DNA of 64,000 nt from Candidatus Latescibacterota bacterium. Lineage in GTDB: Bacteria; Latescibacterota; UBA2968; UBA8231. The notes below the pieces were generated by a model, which was given only the letters and a program-made list of their open reading frames with translations, searched no databases and was not told where the DNA came from. Below, one piece after another: positions 20,682 through 29,863 of the stretch. Numbering within the stretch: the stretch's first letter is position 1; the number at the start of each line of letters is the position of its first letter. Location: contig CBDETK010000013.1 in the NCBI GenBank assembly GCA_965242865.1, forward strand, positions 3,808,001 through 3,872,000, written 5' to 3'. The translations under genes were made by a program, and so were the position numbers.

Positions 20682-21188
20682 ATGGCCGAATTCGATAGGC
20701 GGTTGAGCGCGTTGGATGGGGTGGCGTATTTGTCGTCGGGCAATGTGGGGGCACTGCCGTTTACGCCGCTGATGGGTCGTCCGTCGGGGGTGGGGGTGGA
20801 AGCGTGGTTGGGTCGGTGTGTGGCGGCGACCGAGGGGTTGGAGGTGTCGCGTGAAGTTAAGCACAGTGTGTTGGCGCACATGGGGGTGCTGAGTTCGTTG
20901 GTGTGCGAGGAGTCAACCATTTTTTCTTTCATCTCGGAGGATATTATGACAGAGTTTCCGTTACTGGAGTCGTTGGGCAAGCGCAAGTTGGAGCAGGGGA
21001 TTCGGCAAAGTATCCAAGAAGCCTTGACGATTCGGTTTTCAGAGGGTGCGGCGCAGGCAGTGGCCGACCGCTTGGCGGCGATTGAGCAGGAGGATCAACT
21101 GCGAGTTTTACTGCGCGCCGCCATACAGGTGGACCAACTGGCCGAGTTCACGCGCTTGTTGGATGAGGTGACCGACGGATGTTCCTGA
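20682..21188 (+). CDS. Rpn/YhgA-like putative transposase C-terminal portion (probably a remnant)
   Basis: LPFTPLM and 'EQG...ALTIRF...LAAIEQEDQLRVLLRAAIQVDQLAEF' resemble Rpn C-termini. No PD-(D/E)XK N-terminal domain. Confidence 0.55.
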   Translation: MAEFDRRLSALDGVAYLSSGNVGALPFTPLMGRPSGVGVEAWLGRCVAATEGLEVSREVKHSVLAHMGVLSSLVCEESTIFSFISEDIMTEFPLLESLGKRKLEQGIRQSIQEALTIRFSEGAAQAVADRLAAIEQEDQLRVLLRAAIQVDQLAEFTRLLDEVTDGCS

Positions 21189-21197
21189 GTAGCCACC

Positions 21198-21262
21198 TAG
21201 CCAGCCTAATTGCCATTGGGAGCCTGTTGTTCAGCATCTTGGGCAAGCTACCCTAACCAACC
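21198..21262 (+). repeat. 65-bp direct repeat (3' end of the small gene at 23035-23265)
   Basis: One mismatch versus 23207-23271. Confidence 0.92.
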
Positions 21263-21281
21263 CGCCATAATTGGAGATTCT

Positions 21282-22882
21282 ATGAGCGAAGCCCCCCAGC
21301 CTCTCAACGCCCTGCCGCAAGGCTGCAAGAATACGAACTGGTACGCGTGTTGGGTTTTGGCGGCTTTGGCATGACTTATCTAGGCTTTGACCACAACTTG
21401 GACAAGCCCGTCGCCATCAAGGAATACCTGCCGTCGGACATTGCTGTCCGCACCGCCGACCGCAGCGTCGCTCCGCAAGCCAGCGAGTTTCGCGGCGATT
21501 TCCAATGGGGGTTGGAGCGGTTTGTGGACGAAGCCCGCACGTTAGCTCGCTTTGACCATCGTCACATCATCAAGGTGCATCGTTTCTTCGAGGCGCATGG
21601 TACGGCGTATATCGTGATGGAATATGCCGAGGGCGAGACCTTGTCGGCGCATCTTGAGCGCAAGGGGCCGCTGCAAGAAGCCGAACTCAAAGCGATCCTG
21701 TATCCGCTGCTAAATGGTTTGGAGGTGGTGCATGGAGCGGATTTTCTGCACCGGGACATCAAGCCGGGCAACATCGTCTTGCGCGATGTGGATGGTTCGC
21801 CGGTGTTGCTGGATTTCGGCGCGGCGCGGCAGGCAGTTGGGGCGAAGAGCCGGTCGGTAACGTCCATTGTGACGCCGGGGTATGCGCCGATTGAGCAGTA
21901 TTCGAGCCGGGGGCGTCAGGGGCCATGGACGGATATATATGCGTTGGGGGGCGTGTGTTATCGAGCGTTGACGGGGGATGTGCCGGAGGACGCCACCGAT
22001 AGGATACGGCATGATCCGCTCGTTCCGGTGGCGCAGCGGTGTGCGGGTCGGGCGAGTGCGGCGTTTTTGTCGGTAATTGATTGGGCGTTGTCGGTGGATG
22101 AGGGGGCTCGTCCGCAGCGCGTGGGGGCGTGGCGGGAGGCGATGGGGGCGGCAGCAGAGAAGGAGGTGGAGGAGGCGCCAAGCGTGGGGCGGGTAGAACA
22201 GGACGCGCCGCCGCTGGAGCGGCCGCACGATCCTGACCCCGTGTTCAACGACGATGAGCTACAGCATCAGGAACAGGCATTTTTCGCCGAGGTGGGGCGC
22301 AAGCCACATCCGAAAGGGAAGTTGGGGCATGAGACCGACCTACACATTGTAGCGAGACTGAACCTGCCCGTGCTGACTCGATCCCTGCTGAACAACGGCG
22401 CGGAGGTAAACACTCAAGACAACCGTGGCTGGACGCCGCTGCACTGGGCGGCGTATAAGGATGCCGCTACGACGGCGAAGGTGCTGCTGAACAATGGCGC
22501 GGAGGTAAACGCCAAAACCAACGGGGGCCAGACGCCGCTGCGTGTAGCGACGGCAGAGGATGCTGTTGCGACAGTGAAAGTGTTACGCCGCTACGGTGGC
22601 CTCGTCAACAAGCGGAATGACGAGGCAATGGAGGGACGGCAGATGCCGGTCGTTGCGCCGAGCGATAGGGCCGCGAGGAAGAAGACGAGCGATGCTGCAC
22701 CATCTAGCCCGGCAGAAGAGAAGGACTGGAAGGAAGAACTGGCGGCCGCTTTGGAAAAGCAACGCCAAGAGGAAAAGCGTCGCCAAGCTAAGGAGAAAAC
22801 GTTTGCGTCTGAAAGTTTGGGTGGTTGTGGTTGTTTTGTATTTATAGTGGTGGTGCTTTTTTTCTCTCTTGGAAGCTGTTGA
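21282..22882 (+). pseudogene. Ser/Thr protein kinase with ankyrin repeats and C-terminal TM; N-terminal frameshift near 21320 (ORF 21347-22882 intact)
   Basis: GFGGFG, AIKE, HRDIKPGN, DFG, TPGYAPIEQY; ankyrin GWTPLHWAA. SD plus ATG 21282 (MSEAPQPLNALPQG) is out of frame with RLQEYELVRVLG. Confidence 0.75.
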
Positions 22883-23034
22883 CGCCCTGCCTTGCCTGCC
22901 TACTATCTTGACAAGATCGCGCAGCCCCGAGCGTTTCGTACAGACCGCTTGGCCGACGCCGTAAACGCGATAGTTCCTAAGTAGCTACCCCCACCGGCCG
23001 GACACAAGGTCCCGGCCACCGCAAGGAGCAAACC

Positions 23035-23265
23035 ATGACCGATCAACCCCAACCCCTAACGCAAACCCAAGACCACGACCGCCGGATTGGCCGGTTAGAA
23101 GGCATTGTCGAGCAGTTAGACCGCCGACTGGACGCCATTGAACGGGCGATTGCCGAATTGCGTGGCGAAGTGCGTGCGTCGATCCGCTGGCTCATCGGCA
23201 TCCAGATAGCCAGCCTAATTGCCATTGGGAGCCTGTTGTTCAGCATCTTGGGCAAACTACCCTAA
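23035..23265 (+). CDS. Small coiled-coil protein with C-terminal TM helix
   Basis: AAGGAG SD; heptads RIGRLEGIVEQLDRRL; hydrophobic tail WLIGIQIASLIAIG. Confidence 0.7.
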   Translation: MTDQPQPLTQTQDHDRRIGRLEGIVEQLDRRLDAIERAIAELRGEVRASIRWLIGIQIASLIAIGSLLFSILGKLP

Positions 23266-23329
23266 CCAACCTGCCCCAGCTAGCCCTTGTGCTGGCCGGG
23301 GCCGAGCCAACTGCCCGTGCAGCCTCAAT

Positions 23330-23469
23330 CCCCCCAACCTCTCAACACCTCGCCCCAAGGCCCTCGGCGACAAAAGCGCATGTTGGGCTTTAGCGGCTTT
23401 GGCACGACCTATCAGGGCTTTGACTACAACTTGGATTTGTCGCCTACGTGGAGCGCAAGCCACATCCGC
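23330..23469 (+). pseudogene. Decayed second copy of the kinase 5' end joined to an internal kinase-gene segment
   Basis: 23330-23435 parallels 21292-21402; GTGGAGCGCAAGCCACATCCG parallels about 22292-22312. Confidence 0.75.
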
Positions 23470-23489
23470 GAGGGAGGAACAGAGAACAG

Positions 23490-25847
23490 ATGATCAATTT
23501 TCTCAGTCGCTATCTACATTGGATGCACCTGCGGTGGCCCGCCGGCGTGGTCGAGAAGTTGCCGCGGGTAGATGAGCACGGGCAAAGCAACGTCCCCGGG
23601 CTGTACATAGTCGGCGACTTAACCGGGATTCCCCTGTTGAAGTTCTCGGCCGACACGGGCGCACGAGCCGTGCAGCACATCGCGGCCGACGAGGCATTCC
23701 AGCGCGATAAGGGCCGCGGGGACATCTTGGACTTGGCGATTGTCGGTGCCGGCGTCTCCGGCATGTCCGCCGCCTTAGAGGCGCGCGAGGCCGGATTGTC
23801 GTTTGTGCTGTTGGAGGCGACCGAGCCGTTTTCCACGCTGGTCAACTTTCCCAAAGCAAAGCCCATTTACACCTACCCCACCGAGATGGAGCCGGCCGGA
23901 CAACTCCGCTTTGCCTCCGAGGTCAAGGAACCCCTAATCGACGAACTGCAAGCGCAGACCCTCGCCCAAGGCATCGAGCCGACTGTGGCGCGGGTCGAGC
24001 AGGTAACAAGGCAGGGCGATCACTTTGAACTGGAAATCCCGCGTCAAGAAAACATCAAGGCTCGCCGAGTCATCGTCGGGATTGGCCGCTCGGGCAACTT
24101 TCGCAAGCTAGGGGTGCCGGGCGAGAATTTGGCCAAGGTCTCCAACCGCTTGCACGACCCGGTTGACTTCTGCGACAAAGACGTGCTGGTCGTGGGCGGC
24201 GGCGACAGCGCGTTAGAGGCGGCCATTGCCATCGCCCAATGCGGAGGGCGCGTGACCGTTTCCTACCGCAAGCCCGAGTTTTCCCGCCCCAAGCCCGAAA
24301 ACGTCGAAAAGCTAAACGCGCTCGCCGCCGACCCCATGGCGGACGTGGCCGTAGATACCCCTTCTTCCGAGCGGGTGACGACCAGCAGCGGCTCCTTTAT
24401 GGAAGAGGGCCGCCGAGCGGGGTCGATCCGCCTGCGGATGGCCAGCCAAGTGCAGCGCATCGAGGAAGACGCGGTCGCGCTCAAAGACGCCGAGGGCGAG
24501 GAATTGAGCCTGCCCAACGACGCGGTGTTTTCCATGATTGGGCGCGAGGCCCCGCTCGACTTTTTCAGACGCAGCCGCGTGGAGATCAACGGCGAGTGGC
24601 GACCGGGCCGCTGGCTGTCTTTGGGGTTGATCCTGCTGGCAGCGGTTTTCATCTACCACTGGAAAACCGACGCCGGCATTCCCATCAAGCACTGGTTCCA
24701 AGAAGCCAAGTTCTTCCCCTTCAACCTAGCGGCGCCGGCGGCCGCCCACACGTTGTGGGACACAGTGCAAGTGTCCATGACCCAGCCGAGTTTCTACTAC
24801 TCGCTGGCTTATTGCCTGTGCGTCATCCTATTCGGGGTGCAGCGCGTAAAGCGGCGACGCACCCCGTACATCAAGGTGCAGACCCTGACCCTGATGGCGA
24901 TTCAGTGCATTCCGCTCTTTCTCCTGCCCTATCTGATTTTGCCTTGGGCCGGGTACCATGGCTGGTTTGACGAGGGGGCTCGGCTCAAGCCGCTGGCCGA
25001 CGCCTTGTTCCCGGAGTCGCAATGGGCCGAACACGGGCGCGAATACTGGCGCTCGCTGGGGCTGATTCTCGCTTGGCCGCTGTTTTTTTGGAACGTCTTT
25101 ACCAGCGAGCCGCTGTGGTGGTGGCTGGCGATCAGTCTAGTGCAAACCTTTGTCGTCATACCGCTGATCATCTACTGCTGGGGCAAAGGGGCGTACTGCG
25201 GCTGGATCTGCTCGTGCGGTGCCTTGGCCGAAACCATGGGCGACAATCACCGGCACAAGATGCCGCACGGCATGGTGTGGAACAAGGTGAACATAGTGGG
25301 GCAAGTCGTGCTGCTGCTGGCGAGCGTCCTGCTCATTTTGCGCCTCGTGGGCTGGGCGTTGCCGCACGATCACTGGATCAACGGGTTCTACATGGGGCTG
25401 TTTCAGGGCAAAGGCACCAACTGGGGCAACCTGCCCTTCCCCCTAACGTTTCTCAACTACGTGTGGTCGGTTGACCTGCTGCTCGCTGGCATCTTAGGCG
25501 TCGGGTTGTACTGGCATTTTAGCGGCCGGATGTGGTGCCGCTTCGCCTGTCCGCTGGCGGCCCTAATGCACATCTACGCGCGCTTCAGCCGCTTCCGCAT
25601 CCTCGCCGACAAGAAAAAGTGCATCTCCTGCAACGTCTGCACCTCGGTATGCCACCAAGGCATCGACATTATGAACTTTGCCAACAAGGGCCTACCCATG
25701 GCCGACCCCCAGTGCGTCCGCTGTAGCGCGTGTGTGCAATCTTGCCCGACGGGCGTGCTGGAATTTGGTCAGGTTGACAAAAGCGGCGCGGTAATAAAAA
25801 CCGACGGGCTGGCGGCGTCGCCGGTGCGGATGCGGGAAGAGAAGTGA
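23490..25847 (+). CDS. NAD(P)/FAD-dependent oxidoreductase fused to a membrane 4Fe-4S (NapH/MauN-like) domain
   Basis: GAGVSG and VVGGGDSA; CGWICSCG and CRFACP; two CxxCxxCxxxC motifs; GGGAGG upstream of ATG 23490. Confidence 0.85.
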   Translation: MINFLSRYLHWMHLRWPAGVVEKLPRVDEHGQSNVPGLYIVGDLTGIPLLKFSADTGARAVQHIAADEAFQRDKGRGDILDLAIVGAGVSGMSAALEAREAGLSFVLLEATEPFSTLVNFPKAKPIYTYPTEMEPAGQLRFASEVKEPLIDELQAQTLAQGIEPTVARVEQVTRQGDHFELEIPRQENIKARRVIVGIGRSGNFRKLGVPGENLAKVSNRLHDPVDFCDKDVLVVGGGDSALEAAIAIAQCGGRVTVSYRKPEFSRPKPENVEKLNALAADPMADVAVDTPSSERVTTSSGSFMEEGRRAGSIRLRMASQVQRIEEDAVALKDAEGEELSLPNDAVFSMIGREAPLDFFRRSRVEINGEWRPGRWLSLGLILLAAVFIYHWKTDAGIPIKHWFQEAKFFPFNLAAPAAAHTLWDTVQVSMTQPSFYYSLAYCLCVILFGVQRVKRRRTPYIKVQTLTLMAIQCIPLFLLPYLILPWAGYHGWFDEGARLKPLADALFPESQWAEHGREYWRSLGLILAWPLFFWNVFTSEPLWWWLAISLVQTFVVIPLIIYCWGKGAYCGWICSCGALAETMGDNHRHKMPHGMVWNKVNIVGQVVLLLASVLLILRLVGWALPHDHWINGFYMGLFQGKGTNWGNLPFPLTFLNYVWSVDLLLAGILGVGLYWHFSGRMWCRFACPLAALMHIYARFSRFRILADKKKCISCNVCTSVCHQGIDIMNFANKGLPMADPQCVRCSACVQSCPTGVLEFGQVDKSGAVIKTDGLAASPVRMREEK

Positions 25848-25889
25848 GGGAAGCCTGAGAAACCCGATAACCTAGAAGCTACCAAGGAG

Positions 25890-26138
25890 ATGATCGTGAG
25901 AGACATTACCCTACAGGCGGACGAAACCTTGATCGCATCGGCCCACCGTTGCGCGGTGGCGAACCACACGACCTTAAACGAGCAGTTTCAGTTGTGGCTG
26001 CAAGACTACGTTCAGCGCAACGAAGACTGCATCCAGCGCGAAAATCAAGCCGCCGAAGCCGTGAAAGTCATGCGTGAATTGCAAGGCAAACTTTTCGTCG
26101 GACGCAAATTGACACGGGAGGAAATGAATGAGCGTTGA
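25890..26138 (+). CDS. Putative antitoxin (RHH-like) of a VapBC pair
   Basis: Small ORF overlapping a PIN gene; ITLQADETLI...TTLNEQFQLWL...KLTREEMNER. Confidence 0.65.
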   Translation: MIVRDITLQADETLIASAHRCAVANHTTLNEQFQLWLQDYVQRNEDCIQRENQAAEAVKVMRELQGKLFVGRKLTREEMNER

Positions 26139-26550
26139 AAGTTTCATAGACACCAATATCTTTATTTATCAACTCGAACGCTTGGATATCCGCAAGGCCA
26201 CAATCGCGGAAGAACTCATCAGACAAGGCATCACCAATAAAACCGCATGCATCAGTTTTCAGATCGTTCAGGAATGTTTGAATACCGCACTTCGCAAGGC
26301 ACAGATACAGTTGAGCGAGAGAGAAATGCGAGGTTATTTGCAATCTGTGCTCGGCCCGCTGCTCAGTGTCCAGCCGAGTATTCAACTCTACAATTCAGCC
26401 TTGGATATTCGGTTGCGGTATCAGTTCAGTTTCTACGATTCGCTGATCGTTGCCGCCGCGCTCGAAGCGGGCTGCACCTGTCTTTACAGTGAAGACATGC
26501 AGGATGGCCAGCAGATACAGGGCTTGACCATTCAAAACCCATTCGCGTAA
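26128..26550 (+). CDS. vapC: PIN-domain toxin (VapC family)
   Basis: FIDTNIFIY, QECL, FYDSLIVAAALEAGC and LYSEDMQDG. Confidence 0.9.
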   Translation: MSVESFIDTNIFIYQLERLDIRKATIAEELIRQGITNKTACISFQIVQECLNTALRKAQIQLSEREMRGYLQSVLGPLLSVQPSIQLYNSALDIRLRYQFSFYDSLIVAAALEAGCTCLYSEDMQDGQQIQGLTIQNPFA

Positions 26551-26558
26551 CCATTGCA
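26516..26558 (+). repeat. 43-bp perfect direct repeat, copy 1
   Basis: TACAGGGCTTGACCATTCAAAACCCATTCGCGTAACCATTGCA, identical to 26881-26923. Confidence 0.95.
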
Positions 26559-26577
26559 AAAAGAATCGCGCTGGAGG

Positions 26578-26859
26578 ATGATCGTGAAAGACATGAACCG
26601 GAATATCGAATCTCGCGTGACAGATCAAGGACAGACGATACTCCCCAAACCTGTGCTAGAGGCACTTGGCCTGAAGGCAGGAGGTCGTGTGCGCTACTTC
26701 ATTGCCGATGGCGAAGTGCGAATTGTATCCGTGCTTCCAGTCTGTCGGCTGTTTGGCGCACTTCCGTATGACGGCCCCCCTATCAGTGTGGAGAAGATGG
26801 AACAGGCTATCTCCGAAGGAGTTTCTGAAATAGGAAAGCGTCACAGCTTGAGGGTTTGA
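26578..26859 (+). CDS. AbrB/MazE/SpoVT-family DNA-binding protein (antitoxin-like)
   Basis: SRVTDQGQTILPKPVLEALGLKAGGRVRY. Start is uncertain (26578 or 26593). Confidence 0.75.
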   Translation: MIVKDMNRNIESRVTDQGQTILPKPVLEALGLKAGGRVRYFIADGEVRIVSVLPVCRLFGALPYDGPPISVEKMEQAISEGVSEIGKRHSLRV

Positions 26860-26880
26860 CACTGCTTTAGAGGATTCAGG

Positions 26881-26923
26881 TACAGGGCTTGACCATTCAA
26901 AACCCATTCGCGTAACCATTGCA
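26881..26923 (+). repeat. 43-bp perfect direct repeat, copy 2
   Basis: Identical to 26516-26558. Confidence 0.95.
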
Positions 26924-27009
26924 GTTTGCTGATAGCATTTTTGTACCGAACGCGAGTAGAGGCGCGAAAAGAACGATACACAGCCCGGCCCCTCCGGTCT
27001 GTGGGCACT

Positions 27010-28461
27010 TTATTTGAGCGCCCGCTCTAGCCGCTGGCAAAGCGTCTCAATGACCTTGAGGCGGGCGAATCGTTTGTCGTTGCCCTGCACCAAGGTCCAA
27101 CGAGCAGTGGGCGTGTGAGTGCGCGCTACCATGTCGTCAACCGCGGCTTCGTAATCGTCCCATTTCTCTCGGTTGCGCCAGTCTTCGGCGGTGATCTTCC
27201 AGCGCTTGTGCGGGGTCGCCTGACGCGCCTTGAAGCGCCGGAGCTGCTCGTCCTTGTCGATGTGAAGCCAGTATTTGGCCACCACGATGCCGCAGTCTGT
27301 TAGCTGCTCCTCAAAATCGTTGATTTCGCCGTACGCCCGCTGCCAAGCCGCTTCGTCGGCAAAGCCCTCGACGCGCTCAACTAGCACTCGGCCATACCAA
27401 CTGCGGTCGAAAATCGTCATCCGACCGGCGCGCGGCAGGTGCCGCCAAAAGCGCCAAAGATAGTGTTGGGCGTGTTCTTCTTCCGTGGGAGCGGTGATTT
27501 GGACGATCCGATAGATACAGGGGTCGAGGGCAGCCGTCAGGCGCTGGATGACCCCACCCTTGCCCGCGGCATCGGCCCCCTCGAAAACCAAGACGGTAGA
27601 GACGCCTTGGCGGCGAGCCTGCTGAGTCAAGCGATAGAGCCGACCTTGGTGGCGCTCTAGCAGGGCGCGGTACTCCTTTTTGGGCACCCGTTTTTCCATG
27701 TCCAACTCGGTCAGCACGCGGGGCGCGGGCGGCCAGTCAACCGGCTTGGGACGGCTCTTTTGCGCCAAGCGCTGGCGAATGGCGTCGCGCACGGCGCGGC
27801 CCATTGCCAACGGGTAGTGCGGATCGCTGCCTTCGACAACCTGCCAATGGGCGCCGCTGAGATTGGTCTTTTGCAGCAAGCGGTCGGCCGCTCGCTTGAA
27901 CTCGTCGTAGTCTTTCAGGCCTTCTCGCGTGCCCGCGGTCACTCGCCAGCGGGTCAGGGGGTTCCGCTCCAAGGCCGCAACGCGCTTCTGCCGCGCCTTT
28001 TTGCTTAGATGAATCCACAACTTGATCAGCAACGCCCCATCGACGACGAGCGCGTTTTCAAAGGCCGCAATGCGCTCGCGGTCGCGCGCAAAAGCCGCCT
28101 CATCGCTGCGCCCATGCGCTAGGTCGCGCAGCGGGCGGTCGTACCAGCCGTTTAAGTATAGGCCGATGGTTCCCTTCAGCGGCAGCGACAGCCAATAGCG
28201 CCAGTACTCCGGGCGCTCGCGTTCCTCTGCGGACGGCGGCTCAAAGGCGCAGACCGCAGTGCGGTGCGAGCCTAGCCACTGCCTGAGCACGTTGCTCGCC
28301 GCGCCCGTACCAGCGCCGACGAAACCACCTAAGACGATGAGGGTTGGAAAGCGAGCTTGCTGCAACCGATCTTGAGCCGCGATCAGTTCCATGCACAACT
28401 CGGCTTCGAGCTTTTTGTATGGGCCGGTCGGAACGCCGCAGTCCAACTCGTTGGTTGCCAT
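27010..28461 (-). CDS. ppk2: Polyphosphate:AMP phosphotransferase (two-domain PPK2)
   Basis: C-terminal domain has FEGADAAGKGG, FDRSWYGRVLVERV and WKITAEDW. N-terminal domain is degenerate. Confidence 0.9.
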   Translation of the reverse strand: MATNELDCGVPTGPYKKLEAELCMELIAAQDRLQQARFPTLIVLGGFVGAGTGAASNVLRQWLGSHRTAVCAFEPPSAEERERPEYWRYWLSLPLKGTIGLYLNGWYDRPLRDLAHGRSDEAAFARDRERIAAFENALVVDGALLIKLWIHLSKKARQKRVAALERNPLTRWRVTAGTREGLKDYDEFKRAADRLLQKTNLSGAHWQVVEGSDPHYPLAMGRAVRDAIRQRLAQKSRPKPVDWPPAPRVLTELDMEKRVPKKEYRALLERHQGRLYRLTQQARRQGVSTVLVFEGADAAGKGGVIQRLTAALDPCIYRIVQITAPTEEEHAQHYLWRFWRHLPRAGRMTIFDRSWYGRVLVERVEGFADEAAWQRAYGEINDFEEQLTDCGIVVAKYWLHIDKDEQLRRFKARQATPHKRWKITAEDWRNREKWDDYEAAVDDMVARTHTPTARWTLVQGNDKRFARLKVIETLCQRLERALK

Positions 28462-28595
28462 TGATCGTCTCTCTCCCTTAAAAAAATAGTAAAAAAATCG
28501 CCGCGGATGTCCAATCCGCAATCCACAACGCGCCAATTGCCGACCACAGGGCAAAGCCGTAGATTTTCGTCCTCTTTGGCAAAGGAGTTTTTGGC

Positions 28596-29846
28596 ATGGA
28601 AGTACTCGGCGGTCCGCTTTTTGGCGTGGCCGGAGCCGGAGAATCGCACGGGCCGGCGATCGTCACCACGGTCTTTGGTTGTCCCCCCGGCCTGTGGGTG
28701 GAGCGCGACCAGATCCAGCACTATCTCGACCGCCGCCGCCCCGGCGGCAATAAGTTGGGCACCCCTCGGCGCGAAAGCGACCAAGTCGCCCTGCTGGCCG
28801 GCCTCTACTCAGAAGACCACGACCGGCTCCTATCCGGCCCGGCGCTGCACTTGCACCTAGGCGCAGGCGAGACGCCGGTGCGGACCTATGAAGCGGGCTT
28901 TACTACGGGCGAACCGATCGCCACGGCCGTGCTCTCGGCCGCCAAGCGCTCGGGCGATTACCAGCAATTCGCCGGACCGCAGGGCCACGTCCGGCCCGGG
29001 CATACCGACCTAGTCAAGCACTACAAATCGCGGGGCTTTGTCGATGTGCGCGGCGGCGGGCGTTCGAGCTATCGCTCGACCATCTCGGATGTCATCGGCG
29101 GCACCATTGCTCGCCTCTATCTGGCCGAGCACTTCGGCACGGCCATTTTTTCGTCAATCTGCCAAGTCGGGCCGCTGGAGACGGGTATTTCCCTAGCGGC
29201 CCGAGTCGCCAAACTAGTCCGCGAGGCCAATGGGCCGCCCCTGTCTCCCGCAACGTGTGCCGCCCTCGAAAGCGACCTAGAGCGCGGACCGCTCCGGGCG
29301 ATAGATGCGGATTTCGCTCGCCAAGCGGCCGAGCTGATTGCCAAGACCCGCAAGGAGCAGGACTCCATCGGCGCTGCAATCGAAGTAGTGGCCGTCAATG
29401 TGCCCCCGCTCGCGGGCGAACCCCTGTACCAAAGCCTGAAGTCGCGCCTCATGGGCAGCCTCGGCGGCCTACACGCCGTGCAAGCCTGCGAAATAGGCTC
29501 GGGCCGCGCCGCGTCTGCACGCCGCGGCAGCGAGCACAACGATCCCATTCGCACGAGCGGATACCAGAGCAACAGCCACGGCGGCCTGCTCGGCGGCGTG
29601 ACGACGGGGATGCCGCTAGTATGCCGCTTGAGCTTCAAGCCCACGGCCACCATTGCCCGGCCGCAAAATTCCGTGTGCAAGGACCTCCAAGAAATCGAGT
29701 TCCAGCTCGCCAAGGGGCGGCACGACCCCTGCGTGGGAGTGCGTGCCGGGGCGACCTTGGAGTCGCGGCTGGCCATCGAGCTGCTAAACGCCGTACTCGC
29801 CCACCAAGCGCACTGCGTAGATGCGAAAAATTTCAACCTTTTCTGA
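28596..29846 (+). CDS. aroC: Chorismate synthase
   Basis: GESHG, RPGHTD, GGGRSSYR, GGLLGG.TTG.P, FKPT and GRHDPC. Confidence 0.9.
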   Translation: MEVLGGPLFGVAGAGESHGPAIVTTVFGCPPGLWVERDQIQHYLDRRRPGGNKLGTPRRESDQVALLAGLYSEDHDRLLSGPALHLHLGAGETPVRTYEAGFTTGEPIATAVLSAAKRSGDYQQFAGPQGHVRPGHTDLVKHYKSRGFVDVRGGGRSSYRSTISDVIGGTIARLYLAEHFGTAIFSSICQVGPLETGISLAARVAKLVREANGPPLSPATCAALESDLERGPLRAIDADFARQAAELIAKTRKEQDSIGAAIEVVAVNVPPLAGEPLYQSLKSRLMGSLGGLHAVQACEIGSGRAASARRGSEHNDPIRTSGYQSNSHGGLLGGVTTGMPLVCRLSFKPTATIARPQNSVCKDLQEIEFQLAKGRHDPCVGVRAGATLESRLAIELLNAVLAHQAHCVDAKNFNLF

Positions 29847-29863
29847 TTGTCAGCTTTTAGCAC

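Noticed and set aside
27010-28461. Degenerate Walker A (GAGTG) in the N-terminal PPK2 domain as a novelty
   Set aside because: An inactive N-terminal domain is already known in two-domain PPK2/PAP enzymes.
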